DNA of 64,000 nucleotides from Alphaproteobacteria bacterium (GTDB lineage Bacteria; Pseudomonadota; Alphaproteobacteria; UBA7887). The stretch spans positions 1 through 64,000 of the forward strand of contig CBDCGL010000011.1 of NCBI GenBank assembly GCA_965216755.1. Reading direction: 5' to 3'. Of the stretch, positions 32,937 through 42,689 are shown piece after piece (the stretch's first letter is position 1; the number at the start of each line of letters is the position of its first letter). The position numbers were made by a program, and so were the translations under genes. The notes beneath the pieces are model-generated. The model was not told where the DNA came from, ran no database searches, and saw nothing but the letters and a program-made list of their open reading frames with translations.

Positions 32937-33284
32937 ATGGTGATAAAAAGCCTGATCTTTTGGGTCGTGACATTGGTTCTCGCGCTATCGTCGTCGGGCG
33001 CGATGGCCGACGGGAATGAGCGTCATCTCGCAATGTTTGGAGACTCCCATATGTGGGGTGAGTGGGGTTGGGGCAGTATGATTTTCAGGCCGGTCATAAT
33101 GGTCCTATATATCGCGTTAATCTTAGGCGCGATCGTTCTTGTCGTGCGCTGGTTCGGCGGCGAGTTGGGAGCGCGATCAGGTGCAAATACGAAAACGGCG
33201 CTCCAGATACTTGAGGAGCGCTTTGCACGTGGCGAAATCGATAAGGGAGAGTACGAGGAGCGGAGGCGCGTTCTGACAAATTGA
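32937..33284 (+). CDS. SHOCT-domain membrane protein
   Basis: AGGAGG RBS; ALQILEERFARGEIDKGEYEERRRVL. Confidence 0.88.
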   Translation: MVIKSLIFWVVTLVLALSSSGAMADGNERHLAMFGDSHMWGEWGWGSMIFRPVIMVLYIALILGAIVLVVRWFGGELGARSGANTKTALQILEERFARGEIDKGEYEERRRVLTN

Positions 33285-33539
33285 TGTTTTGGCTTCATTC
33301 GAGAGTCGCGTTCTGTTCGGCAACAGGATTGTGTCATCCGGGTTCTCCGTCCAAATGCGCCAACACCTACTAACTACGCACGTGGTTCTACTTTCGGGTC
33401 GTCGGCGAATGCCCAACTGCGCTGGCGTTTGACCACCAACCCCAGAAACGAGAAATATTTGTCACGATCGATTCAATGAGACAGTTGCGCGGCCCACACG
33501 GCAGGCGCGTTCAGCGGAAAATCGCGCACGATCAGATCC

Positions 33540-33700
33540 CGCAAACGTGTTTTGACAGCCAAAACGCCTATGAGATCAATTCGAGTCCCAACTTCGTCAT
33601 CAACGTAGACATGATCAGTGGTATTTCGTCGCAAGATGAATTGACCAAGTTGATTGAGGTCGGCCGACATCGAACAGCTGGACACCGTCAGGCTGACTGA
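33540..33700 (+). pseudogene. Possible degraded C-terminus of a DsbA-like protein
   Basis: AYEINSSPNFVIN...ISGISSQDELTKLIE resembles the GIxGTPTFVI motif; weak. Confidence 0.3.
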
Positions 33701-33872
33701 CGAAAACGTGCGCCCCGGAAAAGCCAAAGAAAGGGTTTAACCGGACGAACGAGCAAGCCGCTCAAGCCTTTTCGACTTGGCGCGCAGCGATCTCTGTCAG
33801 AGTCAATCCTCGACACTTTTTGTATGCGGTCCGAGGATCATGGTCCAACCGATCGAAATAAGGGAAACGCGA

Positions 33873-35108
33873 ATGCCAATGCCATCATGCGCCCGTATGG
33901 CCGCCGTTCTATTGGCGGCGGCAATGTGCCTATCAGCAGTGGGAGCACAGGCCGAGACTCACGACCCGCTATATCTTCATCAGATCGGTCAGGTAACGGG
34001 GCTTTCCATCAATCCCGACGAACCCGAAACCTTTCTGATCGCGACCCCTTTTGGCGTTCTTTCGGTCGCGAACGACGGCGTTACCAAACATTTGGCACCC
34101 GATGTCGGAATGTTGACGGAGCTGGTTCGTCATCGCCAGAGACCATCGGTGCTGATGGCGAGCGGCTACCGGTCAAAGGAAAAGAAATTGGGGATCGTGC
34201 AATCGCGCGACGGTGGGCGAACATGGGAGCATTTGGCCGATGGAGCGGGGGGACCGGTTGCTTTCCGCGCTATAGCTCTGAGTCACGGCAACCCAACCAT
34301 CGTTTACGGTTTTGGCGATAATCTTCAGGTCAGCGAAGACGGCGGGCTGAGTTGGTCTATCGCCCACGACGCACCCGGTCAGGTTTTCGACTTGGCTGTT
34401 TCCACCAGATCATCGGGCACCCTATTTCTGGCTACCATGGACGGGTTGTTGCTGAGCGAAGACAGCGGCCGAAGTTGGCGCCCGGCCTATCCGGTGAAGC
34501 AACCGGCCACGATGGTGCACGTGACTGGCAATGGTATCGTCCATGCCTTTGTGTACGGCGTTGGGCTCGTGACCTCGCCCGATATCGAGCACCTAAAATG
34601 GGAGATCATCGCCGACGACTTCGGCAACCGCGTATTCTTGGACATGGCCACTGATAGTGGCCGTCCCGATAAGGTGATCGCTGTAGTCGATACCGGTGCT
34701 GTGATGATCAGCCATGACGGCGGTCGACGTTGGCGAAGCTTCGAAGGCCAAAGCCGATGGACGAATTCGCGCATAGCGGCCGGACACGCTCTTTATCAGG
34801 AAAATTGCCAGGCCTGCCACGGTGTTGATGGCGTCGGCGAGAATCCCGACGATCCGATGGCGGTGGACCAAGACGGGTTGCCCTTGGCTCCAGCCCTGGA
34901 CGACAGTGCCCATGCCTGGCATCACAGCGACGCCGACCTTGTTCGCGCCATTCTCGATGGCATCTCCCGAAATCCGCGTATGGCGGCATGGCGTGACCAC
35001 GGTATTTCGCGGGATGAAGCAGAGAGCCTGGTGACCTACATCAAGAGCCTTTGGAGCTTCCAAAGCCTGGCCTGCCAAGGTGCACGACATATGAGCTGCA
35101 TGCATTGA
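33873..35108 (+). CDS. BNR/Asp-box beta-propeller fused to a c-type cytochrome
   Basis: Signal peptide; SRDGGRTW, SEDGGLSW, SEDSGRSW, SHDGGRRW; CQACH; HAWHHSD. Confidence 0.87.
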   Translation: MPMPSCARMAAVLLAAAMCLSAVGAQAETHDPLYLHQIGQVTGLSINPDEPETFLIATPFGVLSVANDGVTKHLAPDVGMLTELVRHRQRPSVLMASGYRSKEKKLGIVQSRDGGRTWEHLADGAGGPVAFRAIALSHGNPTIVYGFGDNLQVSEDGGLSWSIAHDAPGQVFDLAVSTRSSGTLFLATMDGLLLSEDSGRSWRPAYPVKQPATMVHVTGNGIVHAFVYGVGLVTSPDIEHLKWEIIADDFGNRVFLDMATDSGRPDKVIAVVDTGAVMISHDGGRRWRSFEGQSRWTNSRIAAGHALYQENCQACHGVDGVGENPDDPMAVDQDGLPLAPALDDSAHAWHHSDADLVRAILDGISRNPRMAAWRDHGISRDEAESLVTYIKSLWSFQSLACQGARHMSCMH

Positions 35109-35130
35109 CCTCGAAAGGCGACAGGAGACT

Positions 35131-35598
35131 ATGCCGAGCGTCAGCCGGTGCGTTCTGATAAGCGGCGCGATGTTGGTGGCGGGCATTGTTGGCTCGCTCA
35201 TGGTCTACGCCTACGGCTCGCGTGAGCCGGAGATCGATCCTGGAGACGAAGCGCTGGTGGCATTGGGAAACAGCGTCTACGACGTATACTGCGTTGATTG
35301 CCACGGCGCTGAGCTTCAAGGCGCGCCGAATTGGGGCGAGCCGTTGCCTGACGGTGGGCTGTTGCCGCCGCCACATGACATGTCCGGCCACACCTGGCAC
35401 CACGCGGACGCGCAGTTACTTGCAATCGTCAAACAGGGTGGCCAATCGGAGGCACCCGCGGATCTTTCGAGCAACATGCCCGCATTCGAGACTATTCTGA
35501 ACGATCAGCAGATCGCTGCAGTCATCGCTTATATCCAGAGCAGCTGGCCCGCTGAGGTTTTTGGCGATCGAAGGCGAAATCTGAACCCCGGCGATTAA
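35131..35598 (+). CDS. c-type cytochrome
   Basis: TM, CVDCH, PPPHDMSGHTWHHAD, NMPAF. Confidence 0.9.
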   Translation: MPSVSRCVLISGAMLVAGIVGSLMVYAYGSREPEIDPGDEALVALGNSVYDVYCVDCHGAELQGAPNWGEPLPDGGLLPPPHDMSGHTWHHADAQLLAIVKQGGQSEAPADLSSNMPAFETILNDQQIAAVIAYIQSSWPAEVFGDRRRNLNPGD

Positions 35599-36208
35599 AG
35601 TTTGGAAGGTGCCCCGCGCCGCCGATCAGATCGTTCCTGATCCGATGCCAAGGAGGACACCTTTTCTTGGCACGCTACAAACGGAACTCACCAGCGGTTA
35701 AAATGGGGATTGCGCCCCGTTGTCAGTTTGGTCCGCTGAAAGGAAATTAGATGTGGTGGCGGCGCTAGTCGATACTGAACCGCATCTCGATCTCGGCGTC
35801 CGACTGTCGGTTGTCGTGCAGCCACGATTTCTCTCTTGGCTCAACCTCTCTTCAAACAGGGAGCGGTATACCCGAAGCGCAAAATATCCACGATATGCGG
35901 CGCCATGGCGACTCGAAGCGGCGCGGACCAAAATCGGTGGTCATCAATCGTTTGGAAATCGTCAGCGGAGAGACGTGACGTCCAATGATCTTCGCTAATC
36001 AGGAGTGTCGTGGGCGTGTCGCAAGCCGGTGGGCGAGCGTGGTCTTCAAAACCTACGCCGGATGAATTGTCGGCTGGTGACTTGCCTTCAGACCTGAACT
36101 TCGCACGCCCGAATTGGTCATTATGGACCCCATGCCGCCTTGCACGTGCTCATCTCAGGCCTCCCGTACGCAAATCAACGGCCAAAGCCAATAATACAAA
36201 CATCGGTC

Positions 36209-36237
36209 TTGATGTGGGAAAATTTCCCACATATAAT
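36209..36237 (+). promoter_or_regulatory. Sigma70-type promoter TTGATG-N17-TATAAT overlapped by a perfect 21-bp palindrome (36212-36232)
   Basis: ttgATGTGGGAAAATTTCCCACATataat, ~55 bp upstream of the 36291 start. Confidence 0.8.
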
Positions 36238-36290
36238 CTCTGGCGTTCCATCAGCGAGGGAGGTGCGGCCCAGGCCGCTGGCATCGAGAC

Positions 36291-37136
36291 ATGATGACTT
36301 CGAAAGGCCAAATATCGGGAGCACGCGGCAACGGGATCAGCCGACAGTGGATTAGCGCTGCCACGGGTGGGCTAGTCTTGATCGGCCTTCACAGCGCCGC
36401 GCATGCCGACGACTACGTCCAGCTCAGCACCGGCTTTGACTATAGTTCCGGCGACTATGGCGATGTTGCCGACACGGACATCACATCGATTCCGGTGTCG
36501 CTAAAGGTGGTCCACGGTCCCATAACCGGCCGGCTTACTGTGCCCTATCTGCGGATCAAGGGACCGGGCGCGGTGGTCGGTGGCGGCGACACTGGTGGCG
36601 TCGTAACCGGTGTACAAACAGTGCCCGTGACCACGGAGTCGGGCATCGGCGATGTCGTGGCCGGCTTCACCTACACGTTCGACCTTATCGACCAAGATCT
36701 TTTTCTCGATTACATCGATATGACTGCCAAGGTGAAGATTCCGACAGCGGACGAACAGCGCAACCTTGGCACCGGCGAGACGGACTTTTCGATACAGACG
36801 GATGTTTCGAAGTCGTTCGACAAACTGGTCGTCTTCGGAACCCTCGGGTACAAATTTGTCGGCAGCTCACAGAGATTGCCACTCGACGATATCGTTTATC
36901 TCTCCATAGGCGGCGGCTACCAACTGACGCCCACGATCAGCGCCGGCATCGCATACGATTATCGTCAAGCGGCGTCACGAACCGCCGAAGATCCGAGCGA
37001 GATCAGTCCCTATTTCACTGTACGCTTGAACGAATCGTGGCGCTTCCAAGGCTATGCGTATTTCGGTCTGTCCGAGAGTAGTCCGGATGCCGGTGTCGGC
37101 GCGCAACTGAGCTATCGCTTTTATCTTGGGGACTGA
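36291..37136 (+). CDS. Putative outer-membrane beta-barrel protein
   Basis: Signal peptide ending AHA, SGIGDV, KVKIPTADE..LGTGETD, alternating beta pattern, near-terminal SYRF. Confidence 0.75.
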   Translation: MMTSKGQISGARGNGISRQWISAATGGLVLIGLHSAAHADDYVQLSTGFDYSSGDYGDVADTDITSIPVSLKVVHGPITGRLTVPYLRIKGPGAVVGGGDTGGVVTGVQTVPVTTESGIGDVVAGFTYTFDLIDQDLFLDYIDMTAKVKIPTADEQRNLGTGETDFSIQTDVSKSFDKLVVFGTLGYKFVGSSQRLPLDDIVYLSIGGGYQLTPTISAGIAYDYRQAASRTAEDPSEISPYFTVRLNESWRFQGYAYFGLSESSPDAGVGAQLSYRFYLGD

Positions 37137-37315
37137 CCACGTTCGAGGGCTTCGCGTGCGGATGAATCCCGCACCAAGGGAATTGAAGTTTGAACGCCTT
37201 CCGCTTGGGCTGTCTGGTGCTGAGATTCACGACAAACCGGATTGCAGAAAAGTGACTATTGAGACACATGGCTTTACGCTGCCAAGGTCGCGCGTACAAC
37301 GCAAGATCTTATCGA

Positions 37316-39226
37316 ATGGCTAACCTGCCGCGCTGGAAAGTCGTGCTCTATAGCTTGGTGCCGTTGATCGCCGTCGGCATTGTTGCAGAAAGTGTATTGG
37401 CAGTGATTGCCTACGAGCCGATCATCAAGCGAGAAGATCCCTACCTCGGATTTGCCGATGGCGCGCGGCTATTTGTGTTGCGAAATACAGATACCGATGG
37501 GCCTTTCTATGAGACATCGCCCGCCAAAACGCGGTTTTTTAGTCGACAATCTTTCCCGGCAAAAAAGGCGTCCGTCACCCGTCGGGTATTTTGCCTTGGC
37601 GGGTCGACGACTTATGGCCGACCGTACGACTATCGCACGTCGTTTTGCGGCTGGCTGGCCACGTATTTGCGGGACACCGACAAGACACACGACTGGGAGG
37701 TCATAAACGCGGGTGGCATCAGTTATGGGAGCCACCGCGTGGTCGGTGTTCTGCGCGAGTTGGCGCAGTACGAGCCCGATCTCTTCATCATATACAGTGG
37801 CCAGAATGAGTTTTTGGAACGCCGGACATACGCGAACTTGATTTCGCGTCCGCCAACATTGACTCTGGTAGATACGACGCTCAATCACACGCGAATATAT
37901 ACCGCACTCAAAGACGTCGTCCGCTTGGCAGCTGCCGGTATGACGGATGCGGCGGTTTCGTTGGCTGGCGACGAAGTCAATACCTTGCTGGATTCCAGCA
38001 TAGGCCCCGACGCGTATCACCGCGATGATGCGTGGCATGCTGACGTTCTGCGCTTGTTTCGGGAGAATCTGCAAGAAATGCTGGCGATCGCCGCGCGTTC
38101 AGGCGCCTCGGCCATCCTGGTGGCACCGGCCTCCAACCTCGAGGATTGTTCCCCATTCAAGAGCCAGTCAGGTCAATCCTTGACCGACGATGCCTTACGG
38201 TCGTGGCGCGCGGCTTACGACAATGGCCGTGAGCATTTGTTGCGTGGCACCTATGGAAAAGCCGTAATAGCTCTTGAAAAGGCCGTCGCTATCAACCCTC
38301 GTCACGCGGACAGTCAGTTTCGACTGGCGACGGCGTTGCGTGCGAGTGGGCGGCACGCGGAAGCATATGCCGCATTTCGCCGCGCGCGTGACGAAGATGT
38401 CTGTCCGCTGCGCATCTTGTCGTCAATGTCTGCGGTCGTTGCCGAGGTGGCCGATGCCACGAACACACCATTGATCGATTTTGAGGCTCTTGCCGCGAAA
38501 GTCACTCTGGCGCGACGTGGCCAGCTGACCCCAGGACGTGATTTGTTTTTTGATCATGTCCATCCGACCATTGACGGCCATAGATTGCTTGGCGAAGCCT
38601 TATTTGACGTCATGCGGGCCAATTCTTGGATTCCGCGGGACCTAGTGATCACAGATCCGACGAGGGAGCGTGTCGCGGAACGCATATACGCCGCGGTCGA
38701 TCGCGATGCCAACGGCGTTGCCCTGCGTAACCTAGCAAAAGTGCTCAGTTGGGCCGGAAAAGACAAAGAGGCCGCGACCGCGGCAGAAGAAGCGGTCGAT
38801 CATCTCGGTGAAGATCCGGAAAGCCTCTTCATTCTTGGATTCGCGGCTGCTGGCGAAGGGCGCTGGGAAGACTCTGTGCGGCTGTATCAGCGCGCATTAG
38901 CCGTCGATGGCGGATTTGCGAAGGCACATAACAATCTGGCAATCGCTCTTGCCCAATTGGGACTATACGGAGACGCCATCAGCCACTATCAGATCGTACT
39001 GACGCTCGACCCTCAGCACGACAGTGCGCATTACAATCTGGCAAATGCCTATAGCAAAATGGGGCAAGCGGATTTGGCGATTCGACACTATCAAAGCGCG
39101 TTAAGCGCAAATCCGGATGACGTCGACGCGCACTATAACCTCGCTTCGGTACTGGAACGAATTGGCAGGCCGGACGAAGCGCAGCAACACTTCAACGAAG
39201 CTGCGCGGGTCGATCGAAGCGAATAG
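37316..39226 (+). CDS. SGNH/GDSL-like hydrolase with TPR repeats, membrane-anchored
   Basis: LGGSTTYG, INAGG, YSGQNEF, DHVHP; C-terminal TPRs (AHNNLA, AHYNLA). Confidence 0.82.
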   Translation: MANLPRWKVVLYSLVPLIAVGIVAESVLAVIAYEPIIKREDPYLGFADGARLFVLRNTDTDGPFYETSPAKTRFFSRQSFPAKKASVTRRVFCLGGSTTYGRPYDYRTSFCGWLATYLRDTDKTHDWEVINAGGISYGSHRVVGVLRELAQYEPDLFIIYSGQNEFLERRTYANLISRPPTLTLVDTTLNHTRIYTALKDVVRLAAAGMTDAAVSLAGDEVNTLLDSSIGPDAYHRDDAWHADVLRLFRENLQEMLAIAARSGASAILVAPASNLEDCSPFKSQSGQSLTDDALRSWRAAYDNGREHLLRGTYGKAVIALEKAVAINPRHADSQFRLATALRASGRHAEAYAAFRRARDEDVCPLRILSSMSAVVAEVADATNTPLIDFEALAAKVTLARRGQLTPGRDLFFDHVHPTIDGHRLLGEALFDVMRANSWIPRDLVITDPTRERVAERIYAAVDRDANGVALRNLAKVLSWAGKDKEAATAAEEAVDHLGEDPESLFILGFAAAGEGRWEDSVRLYQRALAVDGGFAKAHNNLAIALAQLGLYGDAISHYQIVLTLDPQHDSAHYNLANAYSKMGQADLAIRHYQSALSANPDDVDAHYNLASVLERIGRPDEAQQHFNEAARVDRSE

Positions 39227-39304
39227 GACGTAGGTCCGAGGCATTTTTGGAGTGGACCGGGTCAACGGCGGCTCGTGCCCGGCCGGTAGTGAGGCGCGCA
39301 AAAT

Positions 39305-40675
39305 CTAGTTTCGGCCAGAGCGCTCCGGTCGTTCTGTCCGCTCAGGGCGCTCCGGTCTTTCAGGGCGTTCGGCGCGTTCCGGTCGCTCAGGGCGCTCAGC
39401 ACGATCGGGACGTTCCGCGCGGTCCGGCCGATTCTCCCTGTCTTGCCGCAAGGATTGACCATCGCCGCGGCCGGACCGATCGTGTGATTCGATGTCACCG
39501 TCGCCGGAGCCGCTGCGGTCGTCATCGCGGTCTGATGGGTCATGGTCGCTGGATCTGTCGCGGCTCTTGTTCCGTAAACGGAAATCATTGTCGCCATCCT
39601 GCCGACGCACGATGATCCGGTCCACGACAACCTCGCCCTGACGGAGCGCACCATCGACGATGACGCGTCGGTCGAGGGCGTCGCCCAGAAGTTCGCCCCC
39701 GATGATTTGTACGTCATCACTAAACCGCAAATCAGTCCCGGCAAGCCGCATCTGTCGGTCCTCGACCCGATTCACATAACCCTCAAGACTTATCGTCCTA
39801 ACGGCATTGCTGAACGGCAGGCCGGGCCGTGCGGCGATTCGCTCGGCGTCAATGCCAGCTCCGGTCCAGTGGCCGATGGCTTCTATACTTGCCCCTTCGG
39901 CGAGCGGGCCAGTGATCGTGGCATCCGCATATCGAACATTCACACCCGCAATCGTGCCATGCGTACCGCCGATTGACGTTGATTCGCCATGCACGACAAC
40001 GGTTTCAGTCGCCACCCGAACATCGATGCGCGTCGCGACGACACCAGATCCTTGTCGGTGGAACCCGCTGACAGCGAGAATCTGACCTGGCGCGAAATCA
40101 GGCTGCGGCTGCCCTGGACGATCTCCAATGAGCGTTTCTCGATCGACCCACACGCGTTGGCCCATGACTTCGATTGTGCCTTCGCCGGCATTCAATCCCG
40201 TTATCGGACCAATCAACGCATGCCGGACGGCGATGCGTTGCGCGACAAGCCGGTTCGAGCCCATTTCGGCTTCGACCACGACGACGTGGCCGCGGCGCAA
40301 GTTTCTGGCAGCCGAAGGAATGCCGTCGACAACCACCGGCGTGTTCGCTTCGTAGTCTATTTTGAACCCATTCACGCAGATGCTGCCGAAGCCAGTTATC
40401 GTGCCGACAATACCGGTACCGCCGAAACCGCGGTCGGATCGAACACCTGTTCCGCCAATTCCTCTGTCATCTTGAATGCCCGTACCACCGATCCCTCGAT
40501 CGCTGGCTGCACACCGATCCGAAGTTTGGGCATGGGCAGCGCCAGACCCCAAGGCCAACAGCACCAATGCGATATTAAAACGCATCGCCGCGTTCAGGTA
40601 CCGCATCACGCTAATATGCGGCATCATCATTCTCTTCGGTGCCGTCGCCCGCTTCGGCGCTATAGAAGTAAACAC
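39305..40675 (-). CDS. DUF5666-like secreted protein with DRGIGGTG repeats and an (A/P)ER-repeat tail; start uncertain
   Basis: DRG(I/F)GGTG x3, GTITGFGSICVNG, repeated small beta domains, tail RPDRAERPERPER... Confidence 0.75.
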   Translation of the reverse strand: MFTSIAPKRATAPKRMMMPHISVMRYLNAAMRFNIALVLLALGSGAAHAQTSDRCAASDRGIGGTGIQDDRGIGGTGVRSDRGFGGTGIVGTITGFGSICVNGFKIDYEANTPVVVDGIPSAARNLRRGHVVVVEAEMGSNRLVAQRIAVRHALIGPITGLNAGEGTIEVMGQRVWVDRETLIGDRPGQPQPDFAPGQILAVSGFHRQGSGVVATRIDVRVATETVVVHGESTSIGGTHGTIAGVNVRYADATITGPLAEGASIEAIGHWTGAGIDAERIAARPGLPFSNAVRTISLEGYVNRVEDRQMRLAGTDLRFSDDVQIIGGELLGDALDRRVIVDGALRQGEVVVDRIIVRRQDGDNDFRLRNKSRDRSSDHDPSDRDDDRSGSGDGDIESHDRSGRGDGQSLRQDRENRPDRAERPDRAERPERPERAERPERPERPERTERPERSGRN

Positions 40676-41501
40676 CGAGGTTCATGCGCAGATGTGCGCC
40701 ATGTCTGCTTTCGTCACGCTCTGCAAGCGTGTGGGCACGGCGGTTGATCTTTCGGAGCAAGTCCATGGCAAGCTTCTCGGATAGCTGTGTGAGTTCCTGC
40801 ACAGACGCTTCGGTCAAGCCGTCGTAGTAGACGCTGCGTTCGAGAAAGGGTGCCTTGCTACCCTGAAGATTGTCTACGGCAGCTGCAATGTGGTCGCCGA
40901 CATTGCGGCCAAGATAGTGCGTTTTCTCTTCGATCCCCGATGCTGGTATGAATGCGGCTTTTTTCAAATGGACCCGGTCGTTTTTGTCGATCACGGCAAC
41001 ACCCAAACGGACCAGCTCATCAAGCAGTGCGCGCGGGCGCACGTCTTTGGACAATGAGCTGGCCAAAGTGTCGAACGACACCTCGTCTGGAGCGCTTGCC
41101 TGACGAGGTAGCGGCTTTGGTTGACCGTCCCCGTCACAATAGTCAGGCAGCGCCACCCAAAGGGAGACGAGGCGGGCGCCTTGAGAAACCGTCTCCGGCA
41201 CCGGCGCGGACGACCCGTCGTCGCCTCTCAACCGCCGGACATCTTTGCGGTGAACACCCGTTAGGACGCTGATGCGGCTGTCGGTTTGCGGCTTTTCGGG
41301 CAACGCGAAATGGCGATCGGCGACTTGAACGTATGTCGCTTTTAGAATGGCGCTGAGCTGTGGATAGGTTATGCCGTGCTCGATCAAGAGGCGCAGCAGT
41401 GGCCGAAATAACCGTGTGACGGCGGAAAAAATCGCCGACGGCGGTTGCATAGCACCTTGGCTCGTTTCACTTTTGCTGCTTGGTTTGGCCACAACGATCA
41501 T
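40611..41501 (-). CDS. DUF6502-family protein, proposed transcriptional regulator; start uncertain
   Basis: TDSRISVLTGVHRKDVRRL (HTH-like), SKDVRPRALLDEL, DHIAAAVDN, FLERSVYYD. Confidence 0.78.
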   Translation of the reverse strand: MIVVAKPSSKSETSQGAMQPPSAIFSAVTRLFRPLLRLLIEHGITYPQLSAILKATYVQVADRHFALPEKPQTDSRISVLTGVHRKDVRRLRGDDGSSAPVPETVSQGARLVSLWVALPDYCDGDGQPKPLPRQASAPDEVSFDTLASSLSKDVRPRALLDELVRLGVAVIDKNDRVHLKKAAFIPASGIEEKTHYLGRNVGDHIAAAVDNLQGSKAPFLERSVYYDGLTEASVQELTQLSEKLAMDLLRKINRRAHTLAERDESRHGAHLRMNLGVYFYSAEAGDGTEENDDAAY

Positions 41502-41528
41502 CTCTTTGAAGTTACACAACATCATATC

Positions 41529-41649
41529 ATGTGGGAAAAAATCCCGCATGATTTAGTCACAATATTGTCGCGCCGACCCTTCTTTTGCCATTGACGTGGG
41601 AAATTTTCCCACATACCCTCTCAGTAGGAAGTGGGAAATCTTCCCACAT
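41529..41649. promoter_or_regulatory. Divergent promoter region with three copies of the GTGGGAAA-N-WWTCCCRCAT palindrome
   Basis: Copies at 41529-41549, 41594-41614 and 41629-41649; TTGACG-N17-TACCCT (41591-41619) brackets the middle copy. Confidence 0.8.
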
Positions 41650-41674
41650 CTCACACCAACGCAAAGAGGTGGTT

Positions 41675-42262
41675 ATGACCCAACTACAGAAAACGCGTTT
41701 TTGGAATCTCTCGTGCATCGCGGGGATCCTCCTAATATCGAGCGGTGCATCCCACGCCGGCGTCCAATTCGTGCCATTAAGCGCGGTTCCTATTGGCATG
41801 TCGGACGCACCAAACAACAGCGAAGGCGTGATATTGGTCCAAGCAGATGACATCGGCCCAGATGGCTTGAAGCGTCGCGGCGACGGCACTATCGACGACA
41901 CCCAGCCGGGTGTTGCAGCCGCTAATGACGATATCGGCCCAGATGGCTTGAAGCGTCGCGGCGACGGCACTATCGACGACACCCAGCCGGGTGTTGCAGC
42001 CGCTAATGACGACATCGGCCAAGATGGCTTGAAACGTCGCGGCGACGGCACCATCGACGACAATCAACTTGGTCGACCGAAACACGCAGATCGAGCGGAC
42101 CGGGGAGAGCGTCCAGAGCGTGCGGAACGCGATGAGAGAGCCGAAAGAACGGAGCGTGCCGAACGTCCCGAAAGGGTGGAGCGCCCCCAGCGTGCTGAAC
42201 GGCCGGAGAAAGTTGAGCGAGGGGAACGTGTAGAGCGAGCGGAGCGGGCCAATCGCGATTGA
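41675..42262 (+). CDS. Secreted repeat protein: 27-aa Asp/Gly-rich repeats plus an xER-repeat tail
   Basis: GAGGT RBS, signal peptide ending SHA, 81-bp repeats starting at 41846, 41927 and 42008. Confidence 0.75.
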   Translation: MTQLQKTRFWNLSCIAGILLISSGASHAGVQFVPLSAVPIGMSDAPNNSEGVILVQADDIGPDGLKRRGDGTIDDTQPGVAAANDDIGPDGLKRRGDGTIDDTQPGVAAANDDIGQDGLKRRGDGTIDDNQLGRPKHADRADRGERPERAERDERAERTERAERPERVERPQRAERPEKVERGERVERAERANRD

Positions 42263-42689
42263 CAGGGTTTCGATTCTAAGATTCGCCTTCCGATCTGCGC
42301 CGTCGCCGACATCTGGGCGGCGGCACTTTTTCTGCCTTCACACCATCAATCGAATTTGATTGCTGGTCTATGTTTCGCCAGAATCGCAAGCATTGGGGAT
42401 GCATCGGAAAGACCGGTGTTGGCACCTTCCGGCTGTATTTCTTTTCATGTCGCCACTCCCGGTATACCCCAGATAGCGGACTCCGGCCCCGAAACGTCAT
42501 CTTTCCTGCAGTTCTTCCCGCTTTGATTCCGCGACCGGACTCGAATCGTTGGTGGGAGACATGCGTGCTCGTGACCCACAAGGGACATCATCGACTGCCG
42601 CCAAGCGAGCCTGAATTCGCCTCACACACCTTCTCTTGAGACAAGCCCAGAGCCGCCATACCATAGTTCCTTGGGGAGCGGCGAAAGGC

